64,000 nt of DNA from Balanoglossus misakiensis (Eukaryota; Animalia; Hemichordata): positions 2,728,001 through 2,792,000 of the forward strand of contig CM082577.2 of assembly GCA_040954595.2 (NCBI GenBank), given 5' to 3'. Under the pieces are notes generated by a model. The model did no database searches, was not told where the DNA came from, and saw nothing but the letters and a program-made list of their open reading frames with translations. Position numbers and translations under genes: made by a program. Positions 1 through 13,700 of the stretch are shown piece by piece. Numbering within the stretch: position 1 is the first letter of the stretch; each line of letters begins with the position of its first letter.

Positions 1-1471
1 GGAAATTGACATCGATTGTACTGGGTGACGTACACGAGGCAGAGTCTCTGAGTTTATGCTTCGCAGATTCTGACATCTTCACATCAATCTGAAGTGTTCT
101 GCACTTGACGGCTTCTCTATGCGAGTCCCAATCCAAGCGCGGTTTGGCAGACATGGGTCGCCGCCTGTTCCCCGACGCTGCCACGTCCCTCTCCTTGGCG
201 AATTTGGCCGACTGCGGTCTCTGCCTGACTGCAGGCTTTTTAGGGACATACTCAGCACTGCTGTGGCAATTATACTTGTCATTAGAAAACTTGGCGGCTC
301 TCCTTTCCTGAGTACTGCTGGGCGGCATGTGTTCGTTGGATTCAAGTCTGGCTTTGGCACTCTGCGGCCTCCGCCTGAATCTCTCCGTTGAGCCAGACGC
401 TCGTCCCCACGGCGACGGTGACCGATTCCTCAACAGGTCTGGCTCAAACAGGAGATGTTTCGACGTCCCCGGACGGATTTCAATTTCACTTTCGATTTTC
501 ACTGTCCTTGAAGTTGAACCCCGATCGAGATCAGGATTTGGGGCGACTGGACTTTCTCGCTTTGGCAAGCCATGATGCCTCTGATGCCTGATGTACTCAT
601 TGTCTTCCAGCTGCAGAGTCTGAATATTGGGAGTTGTGGACAGCGACGCCTTGGCACTGAGCGGCCTTGTGTGGAGAGGGTATTTCACTTGGTGAATGTC
701 AGTTTCAGAAGGCTGAAATAGGAGATGTTTGGAGCTTGTTGTGCTTAACTCCTTGGCATAGTTCTGTCCTGCTGCATACTTGATTTGGATTGTTGGCCGG
801 CCTGACGGTGGCTTGCTCAAGACTCCTGCACAACAAATGACAATCATTGCAATCGATCAACAGGTAGTTTGTGTGACTGAGAGTTGTTTACAAAACATGT
901 CTCCAGGCCAAACAGTAATTGCAAAAGGCAACAACAAAATAACCCATTTAACAACGCAGGCCAGCTAAAGGCTAAAAGTATGGTAATGGTAATAGATAAC
1001 TGCGGATCGTGTGATGATATCATATGTCATGTGAATGTTGCCCTTTTCTATTTCAATCATTTGTGTACGAGATCCCCGAGTACAACCAAGACTTTGGCCT
1101 GACCTGGTTCGCTGACGGCATATTTTCTAGTTTGGAAAAGCTAAATTTCCCAAATCGAGAAGCAAACATGTCCAGACAAGGCTTGCGGTTGAAAAAACCT
1201 ACGTTGCCATGACAATGGCGTGCAATGGGCGTGGTCAAAACGTGTTCTGCGGTCAACGATCTTTGTGGTTGTCCCGATCCGATCCCTACACTGGGCTGAG
1301 CAACTCAGCACACTGCTGTTTTGAAATAATGAAGCTTGGCGTGGGATTCATAAATGCAGTGTGTTTGATAATCAGCAAGATGAATACACCACTTCATCGC
1401 AAAGGGAATCTAACAGCAAAAACCTCACCTGTATCCTGAGATGCCCTCTTTTGTGTTTTGTTGTCGGCCAT
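1..1471 (-). CDS. Uncharacterised protein with repeated RPxSAK motifs; 5' two exons only, gene continues past the left edge
   Basis: Exon 1 is 1471-1429 (ATG GCC GAC AAC..., MADNKTQKRASQDT, donor GTGAGG). Exon 2 starts at 825 after the acceptor ttgttgtgcAG and is phase-compatible. It reads GVLSKPPSGRPTIQIKYAAGQ... with no stop to position 1 (about 275 codons), so the ORF track misses it. It contains RPLSAK, RPQSAK twice, RPMSAK and two SKHLLF(Q/E)P motifs. No family recognised. Confidence 0.75.
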
Positions 1472-1773
1472 TTTTTCAAAGGACAACAAAGTCACGTGAC
1501 TTTAAAAGTAGTTGCGTACTTTTTTTAGTTAAATATATTTGATAAAATTTGTCCTTTTTATAAAATACTCATACTAAAAATGGAAATAAATACTAGAAAT
1601 GGATACTGACTGAGTCGACTGTTAAATTCATTAGAATGTCTCGCCAAATCTCGCGGCCGACACGGGATTCTTCATTTCCAATATGGCAGCCTCCTTGATG
1701 AACGAGTAATTTGCAAATTTAATATAAAATTTGTTGATTTTATGCATTGAAGAGAATCTATTAGAAATCAACG
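1472..1773. promoter_or_regulatory. Putative bidirectional promoter between the minus-strand gene and NPLOC4
   Basis: Divergent ATGs lie about 300 bp apart. Palindromic E-box GTCACGTGAC at 1491-1500. YY1-like AAAATGGC (minus strand, overlapping the ATG at 1471) and AATATGGC near 1680. TCTCGC(G) motifs near 1639-1656. Confidence 0.6.
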
Positions 1774-4700
1774 ATGCCTGATCTTATGGTAAGTATTCTG
1801 TGAGTGATTTTGTGTAGTTGTGTGTCGCGGAAGGTTGATTATATCGCAAATTCTCAGCTTATTTCAAGCAAGTGATTTCACAATCATGACAATGATTCAG
1901 GGAAATGGGATCGACTGTGTACTGGATCATGGATGACTGTGTTCAACTGCCAATCGTTGTTTAACAAACTTACTTTTATTGAAGAAAAATAGCATTACGA
2001 TTGAATCTGACAGCCTAGCCTGTAATGAACGGAATCACACTCTCAAAAATACACAACATCAAAAAATATCGACGGCCATATTTCCGCAGTCCAATATTTA
2101 GGACATGAATTACATGTAAACACAGGCATTCGGTATGCGAAAGACCTGTGATCCAACCACTAGGCAATGTTCTTTGGTCATTCATATTGATTGCTCAATT
2201 TTTTTAAACATTTGAGATCAATATTCAGTGATGTTGTAAGCTGTCCCTGTATGCTTGTAATTTTCAGCTCATAAGGATCCAGACTCCAGCTGGCCAGAAG
2301 CGAATTGAAATCCATGCAAGTGAGCGAATTGCCAAGTTGTACACCAAGGTAAATATTTCACTGCCATTGTACACACATCTGACCCAATTTGCTACAGTAG
2401 TGTAGTGAGTCAGACTTAACAATACTCATTGAAACTAGTGCTGGGAACAAAAGCATATGGAACAAAAAATAAGATGGTTTTGAAAAGACAAACCTAAGTT
2501 ACGACATATCAGCTTTGACTGACTTAGTTTTTTCTCCCCCCCCCCCCCCCCCCCCCCCACCCTTTTCTTTTCAATTTCAGGTCGCTGCAACAGCTGGATT
2601 GACAGTCAATGATTTTGACCTCTTTCAAAGAAGAGACAAATCACAGTCCGGAAAGTTGAGCAGCGCGAGTAAGAAGACTCTGGAAAGAGTAGGGATCAGG
2701 TATGTACATGTGCCATTGATGGGGCTGGTAGATTTTTTTTCTCAGACACCAACTCCATCCGATCGACTGGAAACTAACCAGTGAAATATTTCTAACATTT
2801 CTAGACATGGAGACATGTTATACTTGTTCCCTCACCCCGGAGCCGTTGTGGATGCATCATCAGAAGTCATGGACACCACTGATCACTACAGGCCAGACTT
2901 GTCCACCTCAGGCACTTCGGGTGATGCCAGTGCCTATGGATCTGGAGCCGCGGCATCCAGTGATGCGGGCGTAGAAGAGGACAGTGTAGATATGTACATA
3001 GCTAGCTTGGATGGCAAGATAAAGAGGAAAAGAGATGAACAACTGTAAGTCTTTATTCTAACCCCTGCTTATCACTGTAGAGGTCCAAATGTACCATAGT
3101 AAACAATGCATTTGGACCAAACAATGATGGTGAATGGGTTAAACCTTGTTTCAGTCTTGTCAGGCTTCGCCAAGGCTGATTTTTCCATGTACATGTACAT
3201 ATCTCATAGGAGGTTGGCTCTGTACATGTAGGAGTCATTTTCGCCACAATTTTGCTAGAGTTCAAGAAGTATGCAAATATGAAGTCGACTGTCTTAAAGT
3301 CATCAGGTCAATAGTGCTAAAGAAACTTTTGGCAGAAATAATTAGACAGTATCATTGGCCCAGTTGTTTAAACATTTTCGTCTGTCTGTTTGGAACAGAT
3401 GTCGACATGGACCCAGAGGAAAATGTGTCCACTGTGCAGACCTTGAGGTGAGTTCAAAAACAAGTATCTGTTTCTAGTAAATGTCTTTGGTTTTGACATC
3501 CCGAATTCAATGGATAAGTTTTATCTTCAATCATATAATGGAAATCATGATGTTAGTTGAATAATGGAAATCTGTCGATCTGTTACAGCCATACGATGAG
3601 AAGTTTCTGCATGATCACGACCCACCTATCAAACACATGTCATTCCATGCTTACACGAGAAAGCTCACAGGTGGCGTAGACAGGTCAGTGACTGTGATTT
3701 TGACTCATGGTTTTAATACCCCCCCCCCCTCTATGAATACAACAAGCAATGGAGAAGTGCTCTATCCAGATCATAATTTGTGGTACGATCATCTGTGAAC
3801 AACCAACAACATACAGAGCTTGACCTAAATGAAGACTAAAAAGTAACATCCTCATTAATTTTATTTTCAGGGGAAAATTTGCAATGTTGGACGACATCAG
3901 TTGTAAAATCAAATCAGGCTGTTCTGGGCATTTACCTTGGCCTGAAGGAATTTGTACCAAGTGTCAGCCGAGTGCCGTCACTCTCAGTAGACAAGTAAGT
4001 AAAAATCCAAGTGTTTTTTCTAAGTGGCTTGTGGCGTCGCTCCAAATTCTCATCAATGCTTAGATATGTTCTGGGGGAAGTGTGGGCTCCCCACAAGCAA
4101 GCCGTGGTATTCAGAATTGATGTACATAACATTTCTCACATTGGATCTAATAACATCTTGCCTTTTCCCTATTGTATGTTTCCTGCAGCACTATCGCCAC
4201 GTTGACAATGTCATGTTTGAGAACCCGCGACTGTTTGACCGTTTCATCGATTACTGGCGCAAGTCCGGCAACCAGAGAGCTGGCCTCCTGTACGGCCAAT
4301 ACGAATACCACGATGGAGTGCCTTTAGGAATCAAAGCCACTGTATCAGCAATCTACGAACCTCCCCAGGTAGGTATTTGGTTGTGTCTGCTCTCTGAGCT
4401 AGCCTCTTCAATCCACCAGTATGCGCGAATGATATGTACAGTGTGTCAGATATTATAACAGTGGTTTTCAGAAGAATCTTTGTACTATACTGCAGTTATC
4501 CCAGGTGTCCCCATTTTTGCATATTATTGACTGACTACATTGTATAGATTTTCACCTTTTCCCTCTTTCTTCTCTTTTACAGAGCTCTACCCCAAACAGT
4601 ATAGAATTTTTAGATGATCCCCACGCCAGCTCGGTGGATGGAATAGCAAATAAACTAGGCCTTAGAAAGGTAATCTCTCTCCAGAATGCGCACTTGCATT

Positions 4701-7189
4701 GTGTGTGAGGTTTTAAATAACTATGTGTATTTAAAAACCATTGTCTTCATAAAACAATGAGCTTGCGACAATATCTTCACATAGACTGACATTGCCAAAA
4801 TTTGAAATCTTGAAAAGCACTACATTGCATGTACATGTAATAATAGTGTTGTTATTTTCACGTTCTTTTCACCATGGTAAATCATAACGCTCACTTGGCA
4901 CTTTGCAGGTTGGTTGGATATTTACAGACTTAGTTGCAGAAGATCTCAGGTTGGGCACAGTCAAGCATGTTAGGAATATGGTAAGTGATGGGCATAACCC
5001 TGCTAACATCTTGTCATCCTCAATAAACTTCAGCTATCTCCGTCAGTGTAATACTACCATTATTTTTTTATTTTTTTTGGTGCACAAAGCCCAACCCTAA
5101 GACAAGACTGGCAAACATGATTCTAAATGTATATTTTCACTGTGTCCCAGAAAATGTCTTCATTTTGTTTTGTTTTTTCTTTTCAGGATGCCCACTTCCT
5201 GAGTGCCGAGGAGTGCATCATGGCCGGAGATTTTCAGAATCAGCACCCAAACCCTTGTAAACTTTCATCGGATGGCAAGTTTGGATCAAAATTTGTCACA
5301 GTTATCGTCACCGGTGAGTTCTCAGATATCTATGCTCAAATGACTTTCCTTCTGCGATGTTATTCATCCAACGCTTGTTGCCATCAAGAAATAAAACCAA
5401 ATAAATACGAAAACCTTATTGTAATCATGATTGAAGGGCTTAGGACAGTTTTAACATTAAGGGTCTGCTGTGATTCTGCAAACAATGTAAATAGTCCACA
5501 TAAACAATGTTTATCTACATGTACATCAAACTGAGTCTCTACGTTGATTTACGTTCACTCCAGGTGATTCCACCAATCAGATCCACACAGAAGCTTATCA
5601 GGTCTCCAATCAGTGTATGGCATTGGTGCGTGATGATTGCCTTATACCGACCAAAGATGCTCCAGAGCTGGGCTACATCAAAGAGTCCTCAAACGAACAA
5701 TATGTTCCTGATGTTTTCTACATGGTAAGTGGCCACAGCTGGACTACTCCCGAATGTCGAGAGAGAATTCAAAAGTCGTTTACTTGCTCTGCATAATTTA
5801 AGAGAACAATAAGTTCTGTTAAGTGTCATGTTTTGTGTGTCATTAATTATCTTCGTGAAATTTGTTTTGCTGACATTAATTTCTTTTCATTCAAATTTCA
5901 GATGAAAGATTCTTATGGTAATGAAGTTAAGTTACTAGCTAGACCGCTGCCTGTGGAATATCTTATCATTGATGTAAGTGTTGTAGACATTGCCTGAGCA
6001 GAAAGAAAGCTTGGTGTATACCCGACTATTTTTGTCAAATTCTGAGATACATGTATATTGACGTCTCTTATTTTTTTAGTTATATTTCATCACATTGGTA
6101 TATGCAGTATAGTAATTCACATACCTGTTCTCTGTCTCCATCTCTGTTTCTCTCCCTCCCCTCCCCCCCTGCTTATCTCCACAGGTTCCAGCAGCTTTCC
6201 CTCTAGAACCACAGTATACATTTAACGGCAACAAAGAGAAGGACTTTCCAATTGAAAATAGAACAGCCATTGGTGAAATGCAGGTAAGAGATTTCCCCAT
6301 TCAAATATGTGTTTCCACAGTTACAAGTTAATCAGTACGATGTAGTTTTTATCTAAGGACATAGAATATTGTCAATTGAAGATGTCAATTTTTCTTTTCT
6401 GTTTCATTGCATTTCAGAGTTTTGAAACCCTAGTGCAGTATCTACAGTACTTCCCCAAAAGCAAACTCCTGGACGCCATGCGTGATTTCCATTTTCTGGT
6501 CTACGTGGCAAACATGGATATGCTTCCACTCAAGGTAAAAAAAGGGGGGATTACTGTGATCGCTGATTGCGATGGAAAGGAATCTGGAATGTCACTATAA
6601 GTTAGGTTCATACCGTGAATCATTTGGTGATGACGTATTCCCCTGTGCTGTTTGTTCTCAGGACCACATGAACGGACTGCTTGCGGCCGTCAAAGACAAC
6701 GACAACACCCTGATGCAGGAATGGTCGAAGAGTGAACAGTGGGCGACCATTGAACAACTCATCGCTGCACATTCAGGTGGGTTCAGTACGAGACAATGTG
6801 GAGTGTGTGCAAAGAAACCCTCGCTGACATACATGCATGCTTCAATCCAGACAGAGACATACATACATACATACATACATACATACATACATACATACAT
6901 ACATACATACATACATACATACATGTACATCCACACTCACAAACATGTACTATACATTCAGACAGCAAGGTGGACTTACTTATCTGGTGTATTTTTCCTT
7001 TCCACAGGTTCAAGTAGCTCACCAACAGGGGCAAGTTTTATGGGCCTCCCATCAGACACACCGGCTGGGGCCGCGGGCGGGGGCAACAGCGGCTCGGCAG
7101 ACAGCTCGTTATGGACCTGTAAGCATTGTACTTTCATCAACCAACCGGGCAAGAGAGAGTGCGAGATATGTGGCTTGCCCAACCAGTAG
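1774..7189 (+). CDS. NPLOC4: Nuclear protein localization protein 4 homolog (NPL4, p97/VCP-UFD1 cofactor), 17 coding exons
   Basis: Exons: 1774-1788, 2268-2348, 2581-2699, 2805-3044, 3399-3447, 3589-3683, 3871-3994, 4189-4368, 4583-4669, 4909-4980, 5187-5313, 5564-5724, 5902-5973, 6185-6283, 6418-6534, 6662-6776, 7008-7189. All are GT-AG and in phase. Translation gives the NPL4 UBX-like N-terminus ([13 protein letters not shown]; HGDMLYLFP) and zf-NPL4 ([12 protein letters not shown]; HMSFHAY; [14 protein letters not shown]). It also gives the MPN-like core (YRHVDNV; AIYEPPQ; VGWIFTDL; [10 protein letters not shown]; FGSKFVTV; ARPLPVEYL) and a C-terminal RanBP2-type NZF ([20 protein letters not shown]). 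Confidence 0.96.
6857..6924 (+). repeat. (ACAT)17 microsatellite in the last NPLOC4 intron
   Basis: Perfect tetranucleotide run. It produces the spurious HTYI/MYVC ORFs in the track. Confidence 0.95.
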
Positions 7190-10100
7190 ATGAGTCTGTT
7201 GAACACTCCAAAAGATTTGCCGGGGGAAAAGGGGTACAAAAATTCTGAAGGAAGGCATTTTGTGAGAGAGAAAAAATTGGGATTGACAGTTCGTGTAAAT
7301 ACCATCGCATCTGACTACTAAAGTCTCTGCAAACATACTTTCCACTGAGCTGGGTGCGTTTGTGATTGTATGAACCGGTCCGACAGTGGAAAAACAGTAA
7401 GCTCTGTACTCGACCAATTCAGTAGCCAAGACTGCTACTTGTACAGTTTTTCATCACAAGCCTAGAATATCCTCTCATTGCAAACTTTGCAGTTTTAATA
7501 ACAATTTATGTTTAATCATATCACGGCGGACGTTGTTCTGGTTGTGCTCAAAGACGTGGAAGTCGCCGTTTTCAGAAATGTTTTTGTACTCCGGGTCAGA
7601 GCAGTGATATCATCAAACTCTAGTGTTAATTTTTGGTGGTACGACCATCTTCTAAGTTGTGGAATCAGCTGCTAGAGTTTCAGGATTCTTCAGAACACAC
7701 CTTGGAGGTTTGCATCAAACCCCTAAGACAGTCCCCGTACCACAGTCTTTATATTATCCCTTGTGTGCCCTCACCATCATCCAGAAGTCTTCTTCCAAGC
7801 CCGGTTCAAAGGTTCATTGAGAGAGATGACTTTCAAATGAAAGTAAGTTCTGGTAAAAGACTGCTCTCATGCTGTGCGCAGGCATGGAATGTGTAATTTA
7901 TTTTCGAACACAGGATAAACCGAGTTCTTCCAAACCCCCCACAAACTATTCTCAAAGAACCGACAACATTATTGACAGAAAGCCTCGGTGAGAACGCCCT
8001 CTATGTCTGAAAGAAATCCCGGCAGAGGCTCAATTGAAGAGCGCCCTCACTAAATCAAAGCAAATCCGCATCACAAACTTGTAACTTCTGGTACCTTCAC
8101 TTACTGACCCGGTATAGTTTTTTTCACAAAATGCAAGTTTCTCCCAACCTAATATATTCTGCAATATTTGTGTTCTGCTAGAGAAAACACTTGTGAGTTC
8201 AAATCTCAACAAGTGAAGAGACCCTATAAAAACCTTTTGTAAAAAAAATGTTGGCAGGGAATTATAGCAGGAATGTAGTGGTTTAATAGTCGGAGTTCTG
8301 TTGTTTGGACTGAGAAATTCAGGGGAGATATTTTATATGCGCCACATTACGCCATAGACTATGATTATGAAGTGACAGAAGAGAGTTGTATATTTTGAAA
8401 GATAGACGCCACCAATCAAACAGTTGCCATAGTTACCGGTCATTAAAAAAGGTTAAGATTATTGACCCACAATATTGTGGCTGCTTGTCTTGTGTGTCAC
8501 CGAGATCAAGTTTTTGAGGGTTATAAATTTATGCCAAGACTTATGATTCCAGAAAGAAGAGCAAAGGAAATCTGACCTCTGTGAAATGCATGTCCGTTGA
8601 CAATTACATGCACTCAGTGAAAGACCCTTGAATGGACGGAGAAAACTTGAGGGACAAGTGTTTTTTTGTGCAGTGACATATACTAGTAGCCCCTAAAAGC
8701 CACAAAACAGTGACGAAAATGGACAAGTGCACGACACAATCCCGCAGAGACATAATTACTCTTGTTCTGGTAACTGCCATTTGGGTACAGCTTTATTATG
8801 GATAATTGAACCAATCTTGTCCAACGATGCTCAAATCACGGCAATTATCCCTTGCTCAGTTTCCCGAAGAAGAAGCTTAAAGGGCGGTGAGTTATTGAAC
8901 TAATTGCGCTCAAAAAAAGTGCAGCACATGGACGTCATTTTTTATCGAAAATAGAAGGCTGTAATTATTGAAAAACGTGCACGCTCATCAAGTTTTCTTC
9001 AAAAGAGATAAGACAATACCGGCGGGAATTAGTTGGATGGATGGATAAGACCACACCGAGCTTCACTTTGCTTTATAAAGTTCGTACAGACCGTTCAAAT
9101 GGATCACGTTCAGCCCTTGTGCGCAGACTCCGCCCTGATGCCTTCACACAAGCATTTATAAACATTATTTTTTCTATTCACCTACTTGTCATTTATTTGA
9201 TGCGTTACAGCGAGCTTAACTCTCCATGGCTCCGGTTGCAAAGATCATGGTGTCTTGCCCTCTCAATTCTGCTATAATTGACGCCAGCTGCATGCACCTG
9301 TCTGTTTCCCGAGGTCCTCCATTAGACTGAACACTGAGCCAGGTCACAGGTGTGTGGCGTCATGCGACAGGGTCATATGGCATTCTAGTATATGCATTGG
9401 AGATGCCAATGCCAGAAAATGAGGAACATCGCGCAGTTCCCGCAATAGGTTGAACGACCTGAAAATTCGGATAATGTTCCATGAATTTGTCCCTTTCGGC
9501 AAGTCTTGATTGTGTATCATGCCAGTAAGGTATACGCCTACCTATTCCGGACACCAGGTACCACCACTTAAAGTGTTTCAAGACGACATAAACGATTCCC
9601 GCTCGAGACAAATGAAATCCGACGTAAGAGAGTACAGCGAGAATGATGGATCGTCAATATTTTGACGTATTATGAAATTAATGATGATGTTAATATCTCA
9701 GATGTTCATAACTTAGGCTCCCTCGTGATTTCAATCTGTTCAATTTCCTGTCTGCAATTATTTCGGCGGCTATGCAAAGTGAAAGTTGTGTTCTGCGGAT
9801 TGTTTTTCCTCGACTAGGATACAGTATGTCAAAACGAAAGAGGAAACACTATTGATAGGTCCAAAGGACGACAGACAAGACCTTTCCTCTACTATAACCA
9901 GTCTCAGCCAAACAGACTGGACGGGGGCGACGAGTGATGAAGAAAAATAGCAGACAACTGGCAGTGAAAAAACCATCGCAAGCTGTTTACTAAACGAAAA
10001 ATTAGGGGAAAACTTGTCCCTCGGTTTGACCTATAACCGCGCGCACCTTAATTTTTTCAGCAATAACTTTTTTTACCGTGACACCCCTTGAGGAAACGTC

Positions 10101-10596
10101 CGTACAGCGCCACCTGAGCCCGAGAATTCTAGTATTAAGATATTGAGAGCAAAACACGAATAATGGTGGAAACGTTCATTAAGCCATATTGTTGTGCCGG
10201 CCATCGTCTGCCATAATTTCTCTTCACGGGGGAGCTACACGCGGCCTCAAAGGTAAAAATTATGCGTGGTGCGCGGAAAACAGGAATTATTGTGATGAAT
10301 TGACCTTGCAACAATATTAGAGGTCAGACTTGGAGCTGAAACGATACCGCAATGATGTTTTCATGAAAGATGAACGACAAAAATTCAAAAGACATTGCCA
10401 ACACGTCATTAATCATTCATATGCATGTCACACCGATGACTGGTTATGTAAACGGTGCGGTGTGGACAGATTCATCTTGTAAATTGCGTCATTCCGCTTT
10501 TGTGTGTGTACAATATCACTGCTGAGCTGTTGCTATGGTTATCGTCGATCCATTACGTGACGTCACGTTCAAGTTACCGTATATGCAGTCTGCTGT

Positions 10597-10639
<43 letters not shown>

Positions 10640-10710
10640 CTACCACCGAAACCACCACCACCACCACCATCATCACCACCACCACTACCATTATCGTCAC
10701 CGTCGTCACA
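10597..10710 (+). repeat. Compound (CAT)n/(CAC)n trinucleotide microsatellite
   Basis: An ATC run at 10597-10639 is followed by an imperfect CAC/CAT run. Confidence 0.9.
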
Positions 10711-13700
10711 TTGGGTGCGGTATCAAAGTAACAGGTTTCAGTTCACGTGTCGTGACCAGGTTTTACGAAAGAGAAAGTCAAACAGATAAAATGATCTATA
10801 TACCTATATCAACATATTCTGCAGGGAATAGAGGGATCAGCCGTTGCCCTTAGAGGCTAGTAGATATTATAGACATGTAAAAACACCTTAGGCTAAGCCA
10901 ATTGTGGGCATTATACAATTAATATTGAATATCATGGGTCCAACCCATGCAAGAATTACCATTTCTTATTGTTATACATTTCTTTTTTAACTAAACACAA
11001 CGACTTTCAATACTGCAATACATATTATAAAGCAAAATCCCATTCCACGCTTTACAAGATGACGTCCCATTATAATCATGAAAGTCGAGAAGTAAAATGG
11101 GATTATTATAAGTCGTTTTGTGAAATGCAGTACAGAATAAAAAGCAGCTGTGTTAAAGCGAAAGGAAGAACTGTTATTTAGTGTGACTCAGACGTCATGT
11201 ATAATTGGTCGAAGATTGCAAAAACACAATTGTATATGTATATAGACCTATGTGAGTATGTATGTATGTAGTCCACATTGCGTCTTATCATAATCAGCCG
11301 GGTGCCCGCCATCACAGTTAGTGTATATCAGTGTACACATAATAGTCTGCTACCTCGCAGTCGTCGTCTGTCACGTGGCTACATCAAACGTGAGTGACCG
11401 CCTCGATCACCGCTCAGGTCTGTATCGACAGTCACAGCTATGGAAGGGGGACAGGCGCGAAAGCGATCGTGGCCACCAGCAGCACGGTGTATCCAAGAGG
11501 CGATATAGGAGAATGCCGCGATCGACGCTCTCCTCCATCTCGGCGCCGCTCCGTTTAACGTGACTGCGAATATAGGGGACTGAATTACACTGCACTGGCA
11601 AACTGATGTGCAATCGGAAGCGTACGGCAGACTAGTAAGCAACTGGGCGGCGTTTTAACCTCACACGGTAAGATCTACCGCTATACGTTCTTATGATATT
11701 GTATTTGCTTTCATTTGACGTAATTACTCAAATAGTAGTGAGCGTGAGATTCGCGAAGTAGACAGACCAAACATACTAGTACATCAGAAATTAACAAACG
11801 ATGGTTTCTCGTCATATTATCACCATTCCATCCACACGCTGTCAGCGCCGCGGTTCTTGTTCACTGCTCACACACACCGATTCCAGAATATTGATAGACC
11901 CACCACTGCTCCAGGTATAATTTCCTCTCGTGTCCCAAGGTCAATGCGTCCTTGCGAACTTGGGAATGGAGAGTGTTGCCATGGAAATGACATCGCGCCC
12001 CGTCACCATCCGGATGTATTTCATTCACTTTGGTTAAAACGGTACAGAAAGGCCTCGTAATTATTTCACATGAACCCTTAAAATTAATCATGGACTGCCT
12101 GGTTGCTAAATGGCTTGAAATGATATCTAATCGATGTTTCAATTTATCTGTCGGTGCGTCTACCCGGCAAAACGATTTTTTTTTTCATTGTCGTGTTTAA
12201 TGGACGGACAATTAGCCCTTACACAAAAAAGAAAGGATGCAATATACAGCAACCGCGACACGAATGCACTTGAGGCCTAGCGAAAGACGGCAGGTATTTT
12301 CAGACGGCTCGGACGAACACCGTAAACGAACGCCCAACTCTACTGGCCAGTCTTCTATTTTTAAAACAGAATATTAAAAACCCTCACTTTTCAAACTGAT
12401 TCGCAAACGCGATGTGGCCATTGCATTGACCTATGGTCTAATGGGGGGAATTGTGATAAATGTGAATTTCGTGACGTCGTGACGTGTGGTGTGTACACTC
12501 CGGTTCGAAAAAAAGGATACAAAAACAAGAGAGAAATTAAGAAGACATTACAGGAAAAGGAACATTTCAAAAATCAAAATTCAGAGTTGCTCAGTAAAAT
12601 AACTAAAAAATGATCGTAAACCTTTCACACGTTGCTTTTCGAAAACCCCACCTTGAACAGCTCACTGGCGTACCCATGGTACCTGCAAATAAACGGGTTC
12701 GGGGGAGGAGGAATCAGTGACGTGTGCAGCGGGCTGGATTGCGACTAGACCCTCGGAACCTGCCATTTGATTGTTCGCGGCTCGCGGCGTTTCGTCGCGG
12801 TCGCCACTCGCGTCATTTCTGCGCAACGGCAGCCTGTCTTCAACATTTATCAAAAAATGCGTCAAACATCTGAGACGCGGTGAAGCTCCACTTAACCCTC
12901 TCGCATATAGTGCTGATTAACCTCAAGCGCCTTCATAAATAGCTTGGCCATAGAAGCTTTACCATGATGTGTATTGAGTGAGTAAGAAATATAACCCGGT
13001 AATCTCATCCACACATTATATTTTCAATGTCTGCACCAGAATCACCTGCATACATTTCAGCAAATAAAAACAGTTTGCTATAATGTAATAACAAGGAATC
13101 ATAAAAAAATAACTTAGAGAGCTGTGTATATATCATTCGCGACGGGAGTTTTTGTGGGGAAAAGGCCGCTTTTATTGCGTTACCAGCTATCATAGGGCTT
13201 CATTGACGGTATACGGTGTGAAAAGTATGTTGAGATGACTCCGGCAAGTGCTTCAACAAGTTTTATCCCTTCGAACTCTTCAAAACAAGTCATAATTTAC
13301 ACAGTAAGGAAACAATAACATTGCCGATTTATCTAAAAGTGTGGAATGTGGCAGAAAATCTCCATTCACAACGCATTTCCCATTTAATTGACCATGTGTA
13401 AATACTCCCAGATGGATATGTACGTATGTAAAATATGTGGCCATGCGTGTGCGTGGCGTTCCCAACCCTGAGGGCCGTATGTTTTCATTGAGAACCGGCT
13501 TCAGTGCACCGCTCCACATACCACTAAATTAGCCGTCAAACCATACTAGAACTATAATAGACTGTTTTCCCGGTTATTTTCAGGGTGCACTGAAATTAAA
13601 CTATGACACCCCGTGTGCCCTCATGAAAGTTATCTAACGTTTATAAGTAACAACATTGCTGACAGCCGCATAAAAATTACAGGAAATTGGCCGATTTCAT

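Noticed and set aside
6572-7193. ORFs with HTYI/MYVC repeats
   Set aside because: They are translations of the intronic (ACAT)17 microsatellite bridging two real NPLOC4 exons.
10455-10853. Poly-His and poly-Ser/Pro ORFs
   Set aside because: They arise from a (CAT)/(CAC) microsatellite, with no splice context or domain content.
11320-11675. Possible non-coding first exon (CpG-rich, donor ACG|GTAAGA), with a similar candidate near 21100-21630
   Set aside because: These are plausible UTR exons for the GT14 gene but cannot be supported without transcript data.
12666-12682. Possible minus-strand micro-exon (tttgcAG|GTACCATGGGTACGCCA|GTGAG) containing an ATG
   Set aside because: I could not find partner coding exons in 7.5-12.6 kb, so chance splice-like motifs are likely.
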